Origin: Deltaproteobacteria bacterium
Lineage (GTDB): Bacteria; UBA10199; 2-02-FULL-44-16
Length of the DNA stretch: 35,741 nt
Direction: 5' to 3'
Assembly: GCA_016202335.1 (NCBI GenBank)
Contig: JACQOX010000113.1
Coordinates: 1 to 35,741, forward strand
Under the pieces are notes generated by a model, which saw nothing but the letters and a program-made list of their open reading frames with translations, was not told the DNA's origin and searched no databases. Shown here one piece after another: positions 1-8,524 of the stretch (the stretch's first letter is position 1; the number at the start of each line of letters is the position of its first letter). The position numbers and the translations under genes were made by a program.

Positions 1-6
1 CTTAAG

Positions 7-1914
7 TTATTGTATTTTTCCGTTGATGATCGAATTCGCATCGTGATCAATTCCTTTGGCATTGCCGAAGCCGATGCCGCTCATGTCCTCGATGCGAATA
101 TAGCGTGCTTCGCTGATGCCGATGGCGTCGAGATCAAACGCCTCTCCCCCTGAAACGCTGGGATCAAAGGGGCTGATGCCATTTGTCGAGTTTGAAAGCA
201 CCGGATGCCAGCCCGCGCAGCCAACGTAAGGATACAACGTCGATTGACAGGGAAAGTCCACGAATGTCGCACCATCTGAACTCACCGAAATTTTCCCAAG
301 CTCGGCGTACGGCGAAGCGGAATTGCCGCTGACGTAAAATGAGTTCTCGAACACGATAAAATCCGGCCCCGATTTATTCACGATACGGCAATTGCCCATG
401 TCAAGGACGATGGAGCCCGACGTGCCAAGTGAGACGACGTGATTGGATCCTTGATATTCGCCGGTTCCTTCGGGTGGTCCCAAGACGATGCTCGGCAGCG
501 AAGCTTGACCGAATCCTGCGCCGCTGCCGGGCGTGAAGGACGTTACTGCCTGCACAAAAGATTGACAGGCATCGTTTTGATTTCCGGTCGGGGGTGCTGG
601 AGGCGTGATGGTTTCCGAAGGATCTTCCTGCAACGTCGGTTCCTGAGCTGGCTTTCCAGAGTCGATGGCCACGAGTTTTCCGGGATATCCGGTGAGCACA
701 AACAGATCTTCGTTTTGGTAGTCTTCACCGCGAGTTCCGGGACGGACCGCGATGGCGCCGATGCCGGTATTTGCTCCGCTGGGATTTTGCTCCGTTACTC
801 CCGCAGGGAATCCAACCACGAAATGTTCGGCTGAGAGCGAAGGTGTAAGGGATGAAGCGTCGAGCATGAAAATACTGCTCTGCTCAAAACTCGAAACAAA
901 TAAGGTTCCATCATTGGCGGAGAATTTTGCGTCGCTTAAAAAATCCACCTCGTCGGTGATGAGGAACGGATCATCGCTGCCGCGTAGCCAGCGGCGATTC
1001 AGAAAATCGAGCTGATATAGTTTTCCTGACGTGGCTGATCCGAGAAATCCCATGGTGCCGTCGCGGGTGAGGGCGACGCCGCGGAAAGACGCGCCAATGT
1101 TGCCTAATCGGAGAGTGCTGGTCACGGCGTTCGTAGCTGTGTCGACGATGTCGATGCAGCTTTCGGTCTGCGGTCGACCGTGGGCATCGAGAATATCGAT
1201 GACGCCGGAATGGGTGATGAGCAGTTCGCGATCGCTTCGCACCGTAAGGCCCGTGGGATTGAAGCAGGACGTGACGAAAGAGGATGTTCGATGAAGGCGG
1301 TGGTCTGCGCTGATCGCAAAGACTTGAACGATTCCCGGATTGGCGATGGCCGGCACAAACGTCTGCGCATAATTTGCATTGGTGATGTACAGATTTCGCC
1401 CGATGATGGCCATGCCTCCCGGAAATGAAGGTGTAATCGTTGCTGGAACAGGGACGCCAAAGGAGTTGGTGCGAGGTGATCCGATGTCGACCTGCTCATT
1501 GGCGTTTGCCACCTGATAGATGTCGCCCGTCTGAGGGTTAAAAGAAACGATGGACGAAGAGGTGAGCAGAAACGCTTCCTCGGGAGAGGCGATCACCAGA
1601 TTGTTGGGAACACCCGAGCCATTCGGGCTGATCACGCCTTTGAAACGTTCAGAAATTTTCATCGGCCGCGCGTCGATATCCACGGCGATGACCCCAGAAG
1701 GATTCGTGGTGCTGACGATAAAAGCGGTGCTGCGCATGCCGTCGATGTCCGGAATATCGAGGTCTGCAGGGAAATCGCTTCCCAAGGAAAACGAGGCATA
1801 CCCTTTTCCGCTCTGCGGCGATGGCGTTGGATCTGGGGATACAACGGTTTCCAGCTGACTATTTCCACATGCCGCGAGCGACGTGAGTAAAGTGAGGAGG
1901 TAAATATATTTCAT
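7..1914 (-). CDS. Lipoprotein with a beta-propeller-like N-terminal part and a C-terminal beta-sandwich-like domain. Second gene of the riboswitch-controlled receptor operon.
   Basis: ORF 7..1938. The internal ATG at 1914 gives MKYIYLLTLLTSLAAC, a signal peptide with lipobox LAAC. This ATG overlaps the receptor stop codon (ATGA at 1911-1914), which suggests translational coupling. Repeated short strand-like segments (for example GRNLYITNANY, TLFVSSFEQSSIFMLD) suggest a propeller. The C-terminal segment contains GPDFIVFEN...YIRIED. I cannot recognise the function. Confidence 0.8.
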   Translation of the reverse strand: MKYIYLLTLLTSLAACGNSQLETVVSPDPTPSPQSGKGYASFSLGSDFPADLDIPDIDGMRSTAFIVSTTNPSGVIAVDIDARPMKISERFKGVISPNGSGVPNNLVIASPEEAFLLTSSSIVSFNPQTGDIYQVANANEQVDIGSPRTNSFGVPVPATITPSFPGGMAIIGRNLYITNANYAQTFVPAIANPGIVQVFAISADHRLHRTSSFVTSCFNPTGLTVRSDRELLITHSGVIDILDAHGRPQTESCIDIVDTATNAVTSTLRLGNIGASFRGVALTRDGTMGFLGSATSGKLYQLDFLNRRWLRGSDDPFLITDEVDFLSDAKFSANDGTLFVSSFEQSSIFMLDASSLTPSLSAEHFVVGFPAGVTEQNPSGANTGIGAIAVRPGTRGEDYQNEDLFVLTGYPGKLVAIDSGKPAQEPTLQEDPSETITPPAPPTGNQNDACQSFVQAVTSFTPGSGAGFGQASLPSIVLGPPEGTGEYQGSNHVVSLGTSGSIVLDMGNCRIVNKSGPDFIVFENSFYVSGNSASPYAELGKISVSSDGATFVDFPCQSTLYPYVGCAGWHPVLSNSTNGISPFDPSVSGGEAFDLDAIGISEARYIRIEDMSGIGFGNAKGIDHDANSIINGKIQ

Positions 1915-3839
1915 GAACGTGCTCCTACGGTGATCCAAAAGCTGCGACGAGGAAGCGGAAACCCGCGTGCGTCGTACGTCTGCACGTCAGCCAGATCCTT
2001 CACGTCACATGACGCAAAATAGCGCTGTTTGAATTTCACGGTCATGCCGACATTTGCCGTGGTTCGCGACGTGAGCACAACCGTGTTGGCCAGGTTGACG
2101 GGATAGCGATCGACGAACTGCAATTCTGCATACAGGCTCGCCGGTCGATATTGGCCTTCAACACGGGCGTTGAGCTTGTGCTCCGGACGTCCCGGCAGGG
2201 CAAGATTGGTTCCGGAAAACTGCATGCGCTGCCAGGTGTAATTCGTTTCCAGGTCGAGCCAGTCCCAAGGTGACACGCGGAGCGCGAGTTCAATGCCGCG
2301 CGAATGGGCGCGGGCCGTGTTGACCGGTTGAATCGTGGTGGAGCTTATCGGAACAAACAGAATGGAATTATCGATGGCCTGTTCGAAGTACGTTGTTTCG
2401 AATCGCGCTCGGTCGCCAGTGAGGATGAAACCGATATCTCCGCCGAAGGCCGATTCATCGTCTAAATTGGGATTGCCGCGCAAATAGCCTTGATCCGGAA
2501 AATACAATTCATCGAACGCGGGATAGCGATGCGAGGTCCCCAGATTGCCGCGCACTTCCAACGAGGCAAGCGGCCGCAGGATGGCGCCCAGTTTCCAGAT
2601 GAAGCGACTCGGTCGGTCTGAAGCGTCTTCAACGCGCAACGTGGGAATCAGCGTGATCTTGTCATCGAAAAGTCCCATCTCTTCCGAGAGCAGAACTGCC
2701 GGGGTATGACGGATGTGCGTGCCCTGCAGCGGTGCTCCCGTCAGAGGAGAGCTGTCGTCGGAAAGATCAAACGTAACCTCTGAGCGCAGGATTGTCATGA
2801 ACGACGTGGCATCGACCTTGGCGTGATGCGTCCCGGCGGTGTGTGCATGGATGCCGTCGCTCATATAGGTGACATCGATGGCCTGGCCGAGGGAAGGACT
2901 GGGATCGGAGAAGGCACTCACACCAATGCGATTGCTGACGCCGGTTTCCCAGGACACCTGGGGAAGGGGATCCTTCCTCGTGAAAACAAAAGACGTGGTG
3001 TCGCGAAAGATCGTTTCTTTGGCCTCCAGCGGATTCGACGGATAAAGCAGGGTCGTCTCTTCTTCGGTGCCGGGAATGTCGCGGTCGCTCCAAAAGAAAT
3101 CGTTGGAAGCGGTGGCCTTCATGGAAGCTGAAAAACGAAAAGTGGCCTTGGTCAGAAATCCTTCGGAGAGAGAGGCGTTGTGGAGGCGCGTAAAATTTCG
3201 GCCGCCGCCGACTGTGGTCCCCAAGAGATTCGTGGAAGCGCTGCGAAAGGGATAATCGCCTTGGCTCGAAAAGTGATCATGCGTGACAAGGAGATCCAGT
3301 CGTTTGAGCGGCTCATTCCAGGAAATCCCGGATTTAAAGGTGCCAAAGGATCCCCCTGTCAACCGCACATCCCAAGCGCGTTTGGACGTCATCGGTTTGG
3401 TGACGAGGTTGATGGCTCCCCCGATCGATTGGCTGCCAAACGCCGCCGAGTTTCCACCGCGGATGATTTCAATGCGTTCAATGTTGCCGAGCGGAATGGT
3501 TGACATGTCGACGCCGGCAGTTTGACTGCCGTTGAGCGGAACTCCATCCAGAAAAACGCCTACTTGGTCATGGCTCGAGCCGCGGATGGAAATCGTGGAA
3601 AGTTGACCGAGGCCGCCCAGTTCGGTGGTATGCATGCCAGCGGTTTGGCTGAGGACTTCAGGAAGCGATCGACTGCTTTTGTCCTCGCTGGGTTTGATAA
3701 CTGTGATGAATGCCGATGGAGCCTCAGACGCAGATTCGGAAAGAACGCCGATGACGCGTGTTGCATCTGCCGATGGATTTTCAGCGAAGGCAAAAAATGG
3801 GACTGCCACCAGGTAGGCGATTACAAAGGTAAAGCGCAT
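1911..3839 (-). CDS. btuB: TonB-dependent outer-membrane receptor, BtuB-like. A corrinoid substrate is inferred only from the upstream riboswitch.
   Basis: 642-aa ORF with signal peptide MRFTFVIAYLVAVPFFAFA. Plug-domain blocks are present: ISIRGS, FLDGVPLN and IERIEIIRGGNSAAFGSQSIGGAINLVT. The remainder is long and beta-barrel-like. The size is close to BtuB. A cobalamin riboswitch lies in the 5' leader. Confidence 0.85.
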   Translation of the reverse strand: MRFTFVIAYLVAVPFFAFAENPSADATRVIGVLSESASEAPSAFITVIKPSEDKSSRSLPEVLSQTAGMHTTELGGLGQLSTISIRGSSHDQVGVFLDGVPLNGSQTAGVDMSTIPLGNIERIEIIRGGNSAAFGSQSIGGAINLVTKPMTSKRAWDVRLTGGSFGTFKSGISWNEPLKRLDLLVTHDHFSSQGDYPFRSASTNLLGTTVGGGRNFTRLHNASLSEGFLTKATFRFSASMKATASNDFFWSDRDIPGTEEETTLLYPSNPLEAKETIFRDTTSFVFTRKDPLPQVSWETGVSNRIGVSAFSDPSPSLGQAIDVTYMSDGIHAHTAGTHHAKVDATSFMTILRSEVTFDLSDDSSPLTGAPLQGTHIRHTPAVLLSEEMGLFDDKITLIPTLRVEDASDRPSRFIWKLGAILRPLASLEVRGNLGTSHRYPAFDELYFPDQGYLRGNPNLDDESAFGGDIGFILTGDRARFETTYFEQAIDNSILFVPISSTTIQPVNTARAHSRGIELALRVSPWDWLDLETNYTWQRMQFSGTNLALPGRPEHKLNARVEGQYRPASLYAELQFVDRYPVNLANTVVLTSRTTANVGMTVKFKQRYFASCDVKDLADVQTYDARGFPLPRRSFWITVGARS

Positions 3840-3891
3840 GGTCCTTCTCTTTCCGCGAAGAGGGAGTATTTATCGGCGCGCGACAAGCGCG

Positions 3892-4178
3892 ATTGGCGTA
3901 AGGTTTCCTGGCTTCAAGCGTGAGATGGATTTCACCTTGCCTTCCCATCTCTCAGAAGAGAGACAGTGACTGAACGGTGAAGTGATCGGCTTGTCACAGT
4001 GGCGGGACCGCGTGGGATTTGGGCGTGTCTGAAAAATTGGCGATCTGCTTTGTTGCCCCTTCTCGAAAGATCCTCACGTACCATCATAAGTACGCTGCGG
4101 TCTTTCTCGTCGGGGCGCCTCGCATCTCATCCAATTTTTCAAACACGCAACACACCCACTTCCCTTTAAAACACCAAT
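3892..4178 (-). promoter_or_regulatory. Cobalamin (B12) riboswitch aptamer in the leader of the receptor operon
   Basis: Read on the minus strand, the conserved blocks appear in the canonical order:
- P1 5' arm ATTGGTGT (4178-4171).
- AAAGGGAAGTGGGTG (4167-4153).
- CAAATCCCACGCGGTCCCGCCACTGTGA (4021-3994).
- B12-box-like AAGCCAGGAAACCT (3914-3901).
- P1 3' arm ACGCCAAT (3899-3892), which pairs with the 5' arm (8 bp, one G-U).
Downstream, a small hairpin CTCTT/AAGAG overlaps the SD-like AGAAGGA just before the ATG. Confidence 0.7.
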
Positions 4179-4300
4179 GCGGTGTCGGCTAACAGCGGGT
4201 CACCGGCTTGTCAACGAAGGACATAGGAACTACTTTTTATCATAATAACCCATTGATTTCCCAATCGGTTTTTGTCAGAGAGAAAAAATCTTAAAAATTC

Positions 4301-4332
4301 GCGCAACTTTTTTTGAGGAAATCCGATAAAAC
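4301..4332 (+). promoter_or_regulatory. Two-box promoter-like motif, copy 1: GCGCAAC-N14-TCCGATAAAA
   Basis: An A-run is followed by GCGCAAC (4301-4307), a 14-nt T-rich spacer and TCCGATAAAAC (4322-4332). The ATG of the 355-aa gene is at 4337, 8 nt after CCGATAA. The same architecture occurs at 9446-9477(-), 11066-11096, 19539-19570 and 29655-29685. Confidence 0.5.
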
Positions 4333-4336
4333 CAGC

Positions 4337-5380
4337 ATGAATACAGCATCTGGCGTTTCCTCACTCCTGTACCTCCAGGCGAGCTTGGCCGCTCATTCGA
4401 GCCTTGGACTTTCGTCTGCTCATGCACTTGCCCAGGATGCGCTTGGTATTGTTGCTTTGCGTGGCATCGAAACCCAACGCGTTGATGCAGTGAGATCTCT
4501 CCTGGCGGATGTTAAAACCGCCTCCGACGGTCTGGGTGCGACACATTCGCTTCTTCAAGAAGTGATGAAAGGTTTATCCAGCTCATCGGTGCCAATATTA
4601 TGGAGGCCGAACACGTTTCAATCTTCAGCGCATATCTCAGCCATCATGCAGGCTATTCCGCTTCAAGCACCTTCCCCAGCAACGAATGAATATGAGATCA
4701 CTCAGCTTGATCGCCTGCTCGCGGTGGAACAGCTTTACGGTGCCGTTGATACGGACACGGCGGAAATTTTAGCGGCCTTTCCTTTGGCATTTACCAGCGG
4801 TGCAGCCTGCGACGATTTTATCGAGGTGGTTCGTGTGAAGAGGGATGTAAATCTGAAAATAAGGGACAATTTAGTGCCGTCGCTAACAGGAGGTGGCTTG
4901 CATGCTGCAGGAGTACATATTTCTTCCATCCTTCAGCATGTGATCAGTTTTTCCACACTCCACTCCTTGACGAAGCGCCTGCGTCAAGGGGGGAAAGAAC
5001 TCGAATCTATCAGGAATGCGGTGAAACCAGTTATTGATACGATGACCGGCAGAGGAAAATTAACCTTTGCCGGTAAAAGTATTACTGTGGGAGGTCCCCG
5101 ATGGGAACTCGCGCGCATTTTATTCAGCCAACTTTCTGATGGTGTCCCAGAAAGTGAGTTGGAGTGGCGAAATGGAAAGTTGTATTTTACACATGTTTTA
5201 TCTCGGCGCCATTCTCAGGGAGACCCCATTGTCGCTTGGCCACTGCATCCTGAAGAAGTGAGATTGGCCAGTTATTCGCGCGTGCTCGGGTGGGAAGTGA
5301 ATGCTCGACTGATTGACGATGATCAGACACATATTTGGATTGATTTTGGAAAGACACTCGTCGACGAACCCTCTGCTTAA
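4337..5380 (+). CDS. Hypothetical protein (347 aa), no recognisable domain
   Basis: Long ORF. The track start at 4313 is TTG. I prefer the ATG at 4337 (MNTASGVSS...) because the promoter-like motif ends 8 nt upstream of it. The N-terminus is Ser-rich and has no Sec signal. Confidence 0.7.
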   Translation: MNTASGVSSLLYLQASLAAHSSLGLSSAHALAQDALGIVALRGIETQRVDAVRSLLADVKTASDGLGATHSLLQEVMKGLSSSSVPILWRPNTFQSSAHISAIMQAIPLQAPSPATNEYEITQLDRLLAVEQLYGAVDTDTAEILAAFPLAFTSGAACDDFIEVVRVKRDVNLKIRDNLVPSLTGGGLHAAGVHISSILQHVISFSTLHSLTKRLRQGGKELESIRNAVKPVIDTMTGRGKLTFAGKSITVGGPRWELARILFSQLSDGVPESELEWRNGKLYFTHVLSRRHSQGDPIVAWPLHPEEVRLASYSRVLGWEVNARLIDDDQTHIWIDFGKTLVDEPSA

Positions 5381-5381
5381 C

Positions 5382-8252
5382 TCACCGACAATAATGCGTC
5401 ATCGCAGCCAGAGCTTCATTGGCAAAGCTAAACGCCTGGCCTGAGGATTTTCCCCAAATTTCTTGGTTCACTTCCGACATGCTCATGTTGTCGACAAATG
5501 CGGTGTAAGTGGTCGGCAGCCACTGACAGAGACGGTTGGGGTCGCTTGGTTTGACGGCGAGTCCCAAACCAAAAGCATTCAAAAACGCCACCATGCCATC
5601 GTTATAAAAATAACCATTGTTTTCGAGCGTCGTATTTTTTTTGCAGGTGGTATCATCGACGCCTGCGCTTGAGACGTTGCAAGCATATGTTGTTCGCCAG
5701 CCATTTAAGGAGTTATTCGTCGAGGCATCGTGTTGCTTGGAAATATCAGGCAATCCATTGGCATCAAGCACGGTAAATTGCTTTGCGGCCTGCACAGGAT
5801 ACATCACCAGCCATCGCATCAGATCCAGATTATTTGTCAAAAATGCCATGCGTCGAATGGTGTCATATGCCGACGGCATCATCCAGCCGATAGAAGAAAT
5901 GCATCTTCCGGTTGATAATGCCGAATTTGAACCGCTTCCCGCAGTGTCGCAGGAATGACCATTGATGAGGACGCGTTCCAGCATGAAATCGGAATAAAGC
6001 TGAAGAGCGTCGCGAAGGCGCTGGCTGGCGATAGGGTCACGAGCGAATTCAGCGCCCACAACCACAGTTTCCAACCGCTGAGTGGAGAGGCGAGAAAGTG
6101 TGAGTTCAAGAAAGGGTTGGGTTTGATCAACGGGAGGAAAGCCAAATCGGTTCACAGCGTTCTCACCGGCTTCTTCAAAAAAATCGACAAATCGACGATC
6201 CGCAGTTGCGAGATAGGCAAGAGAGAGATGTTTATCATAGGAATAATCTCCCGGACAATTGTCGCGGCGATGGTTGAGGCCTTCGCGATAGTCGCCGGAA
6301 TTGCCCCGCGAATTTCCAAAGCAGGGTGCTAAGCCCGTTACGCTGGAAGCTTCGAGATTGTCGTGATCCGGCCGGATGGCCAGTGTTTCAGCATAGGTGA
6401 TGGCTTCGCCGAGGGAGAAGTCATAGATGAAACGATTGTCGCCTGTTCGAAAAAATTCATCGAGGCCGACTTTGGCCCAATTCCAATAATTATTATCGCC
6501 GCCTTCATAGAGCTTGCCGAGGACTGTGGGGCAGTTGAAGTCTGCATCGCAGGACGTGCGGGGAAGATCGGGCCAGATCTGAATGCCGGTGATGCGTGCC
6601 CGTTCAAGGTAACCCCGCGTGTTTTCGTGAATGGTTTGTAGCCTGGCGAAAATATTCCTATAGGGGGGCATCACAACTGCAGCATATGGCCCCGCGATGC
6701 CCGTGGGATTGAGAATCGTGATGTGCGGTGTGCCGAGGAGCGGTCGTTCACTCCATTGTTGCAGCATGCTGGCGCGAAGTTGAAGGTCGGGTGCTGTTGG
6801 GGCGAAATCAACCGCCGCAGAGGACCAAATGCCGCGACCACCGCCGACTTGGATTAAAGAAGAAGTAAAATCAATTTCAAGCGCGTTGAGGCCAGAATTA
6901 TATCGCAGCCCCTGAGGTTCGCGGACAGCCATGCGGGCGACGGTAGCAATGGCTGCGCCTTGCGGAGTCTCCACAGCCAAAAATGGATGCGTCGCTCCAC
7001 CTGTAGATACTGTCGTCTGGTCATTCGCTGTGATGGCGTAGCGAATTTCCTCTGTCTCTGTACTTCCTCGATGTGGGTTGGTGGCGTTGACGACGGCATC
7101 GCGTGGGATGCGCTTTATCTGTTCCACTTGAACCGAGGATGTTGGATCGCTGATATTCTGAATGTCTGTTTGGGCGCGAACAGCCACATTGGAGATTGGT
7201 GCACTCAAAGGAATGCTCATCCAGGCGCGGCCGATACGCGTGAGGTTCGCCGCTTCATTGGCCTGAAAACCAGCGACGGCGCCATGGTAATAGGTGTGAT
7301 CGATTTTTACGGTGCTTGAGCCTGCGACAAATGTCAGGCGGATGGTGTAACCTAAATCGCGCGTGCCATTTTCATCGGCATAAAATCCGCGGGCAGCGAT
7401 GGTTGCCACTTGAGGGCCGGCGCGTTCGAGTTTTAAATACCACGGCGCCAGCGTTGTCGTGGATTTGCTGCCGTTGTGATCGAGCTGAAAACCAGCAGCC
7501 GTAGCATCTTCGCTGATTTCACTGATCGTGGTAAAGCTGCCATTTTCTTGGCGCACTTCCACTTTGGAAAGCCCTTCGAATCGCTCCTGGCGAATGGTGA
7601 ATCGAGCTGGACCGGTACTGATGATCCATGCTGCCGGCGATGATTGTTCGGTAATCGACATGGTCGTGTTTTCACCTTCTGTCGATGTGGGATGTTGGAT
7701 ACGCCAGATCGTGCTCGTTCCCGGTGGTGGTGTGGCATGCACAAAAGCATACACCGCTCGCACGGGCTGACGGCAATTATCGGGATGGACAGTATTCCAG
7801 CGGCTGAGCGTTTCAAACTGCGCGGGTAATCGGTTTCCATCTGCATCGCGAACGATCAGGCCTTTGGTAGAGTAAAGAGCAGGGCCACGATTAAAGGGGA
7901 CGAGAAAAGAAGTGATGTTGGGATTGCGGGCAATGGTATTTCGCTGATCATTGACCACAATGGGGATGTTGATCGTCGCTTCAAAGGGTCGGTAGTAAAC
8001 CGGGCACGCATCGTCATTTCGTCCTACGAGAAAGGATTCACCAACAAAGACGGGATCGGGCGGGGGAAGTTCGTTTGTGTTTGAATCTGCTGAGGGGGAG
8101 GACGAAGATGACGATGCGTCCGAGGAATTATTTTCTAGGGACTGTGCATGAGCGTTGTCATTTGAAACTGGACTGTCAGATCCACCGCACGCACTGATGA
8201 CGATTCCGAGAAGGAGCGATACGATCAATCCGCGCACGCGCGAGCTTTTCAT
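5382..8252 (-). CDS. Large lipoprotein (956 aa), function unknown
   Basis: The N-terminus MKSSRVRGLIVSLLLGIVISAC is a signal peptide with lipobox ISAC. A Ser-rich tether follows (NNSSDASSSSSSPSADS). The rest is about 880 aa with no motif I can assign. Confidence 0.85.
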   Translation of the reverse strand: MKSSRVRGLIVSLLLGIVISACGGSDSPVSNDNAHAQSLENNSSDASSSSSSPSADSNTNELPPPDPVFVGESFLVGRNDDACPVYYRPFEATINIPIVVNDQRNTIARNPNITSFLVPFNRGPALYSTKGLIVRDADGNRLPAQFETLSRWNTVHPDNCRQPVRAVYAFVHATPPPGTSTIWRIQHPTSTEGENTTMSITEQSSPAAWIISTGPARFTIRQERFEGLSKVEVRQENGSFTTISEISEDATAAGFQLDHNGSKSTTTLAPWYLKLERAGPQVATIAARGFYADENGTRDLGYTIRLTFVAGSSTVKIDHTYYHGAVAGFQANEAANLTRIGRAWMSIPLSAPISNVAVRAQTDIQNISDPTSSVQVEQIKRIPRDAVVNATNPHRGSTETEEIRYAITANDQTTVSTGGATHPFLAVETPQGAAIATVARMAVREPQGLRYNSGLNALEIDFTSSLIQVGGGRGIWSSAAVDFAPTAPDLQLRASMLQQWSERPLLGTPHITILNPTGIAGPYAAVVMPPYRNIFARLQTIHENTRGYLERARITGIQIWPDLPRTSCDADFNCPTVLGKLYEGGDNNYWNWAKVGLDEFFRTGDNRFIYDFSLGEAITYAETLAIRPDHDNLEASSVTGLAPCFGNSRGNSGDYREGLNHRRDNCPGDYSYDKHLSLAYLATADRRFVDFFEEAGENAVNRFGFPPVDQTQPFLELTLSRLSTQRLETVVVGAEFARDPIASQRLRDALQLYSDFMLERVLINGHSCDTAGSGSNSALSTGRCISSIGWMMPSAYDTIRRMAFLTNNLDLMRWLVMYPVQAAKQFTVLDANGLPDISKQHDASTNNSLNGWRTTYACNVSSAGVDDTTCKKNTTLENNGYFYNDGMVAFLNAFGLGLAVKPSDPNRLCQWLPTTYTAFVDNMSMSEVNQEIWGKSSGQAFSFANEALAAMTHYCR
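8091..8119. repeat. Direct repeat, copy A: tgaggg-N4-gacgaagatgacgatgcgt
   Basis: Read directly from the sequence. 8091-8119 matches 8324-8352 at 26 of 29 positions, including a 19-nt exact run (8101-8119 = 8334-8352). Copy A lies in the Ser-rich tether codons of the 956-aa lipoprotein gene. Confidence 0.9.
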
Positions 8253-8323
8253 GACAGCGCCTTTCCACAGAAGAGTTCACCAATAAACGCGAGACCAGGT
8301 AGGGAAAAAAGGTTTGGATTGAT

Positions 8324-8352
8324 TGAGGGCAAAGACGAAGATGACGATGCGT
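8324..8352. repeat. Direct repeat, copy B
   Basis: Partner of 8091-8119, 233 nt away. It lies in the non-coding region upstream of the lipoprotein start codon at 8252. Confidence 0.9.
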
Positions 8353-8524
8353 TTAAGTGATTGTACCAGACTGCGAAAAAGAACGAGTTTCATAGGAGCA
8401 CCTTTCTGCATGAGGTTCATCGGAGCAATTTTCAGAGGTCAGTGGATAGGGCTGCTGGAGGAAAAGCTCAATCAGGGCAAAACGGAATTTAGCTTAGGGG
8501 AATTCCTGAGAAAAACGTTAAACG

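Noticed and set aside
8277-8393. 38-codon minus-strand ORF upstream of the 956-aa lipoprotein gene, considered as a gene
   Set aside because: It has only a weak GGTG upstream and no homology evidence. I mention it under the direct-repeat finding but do not annotate it.
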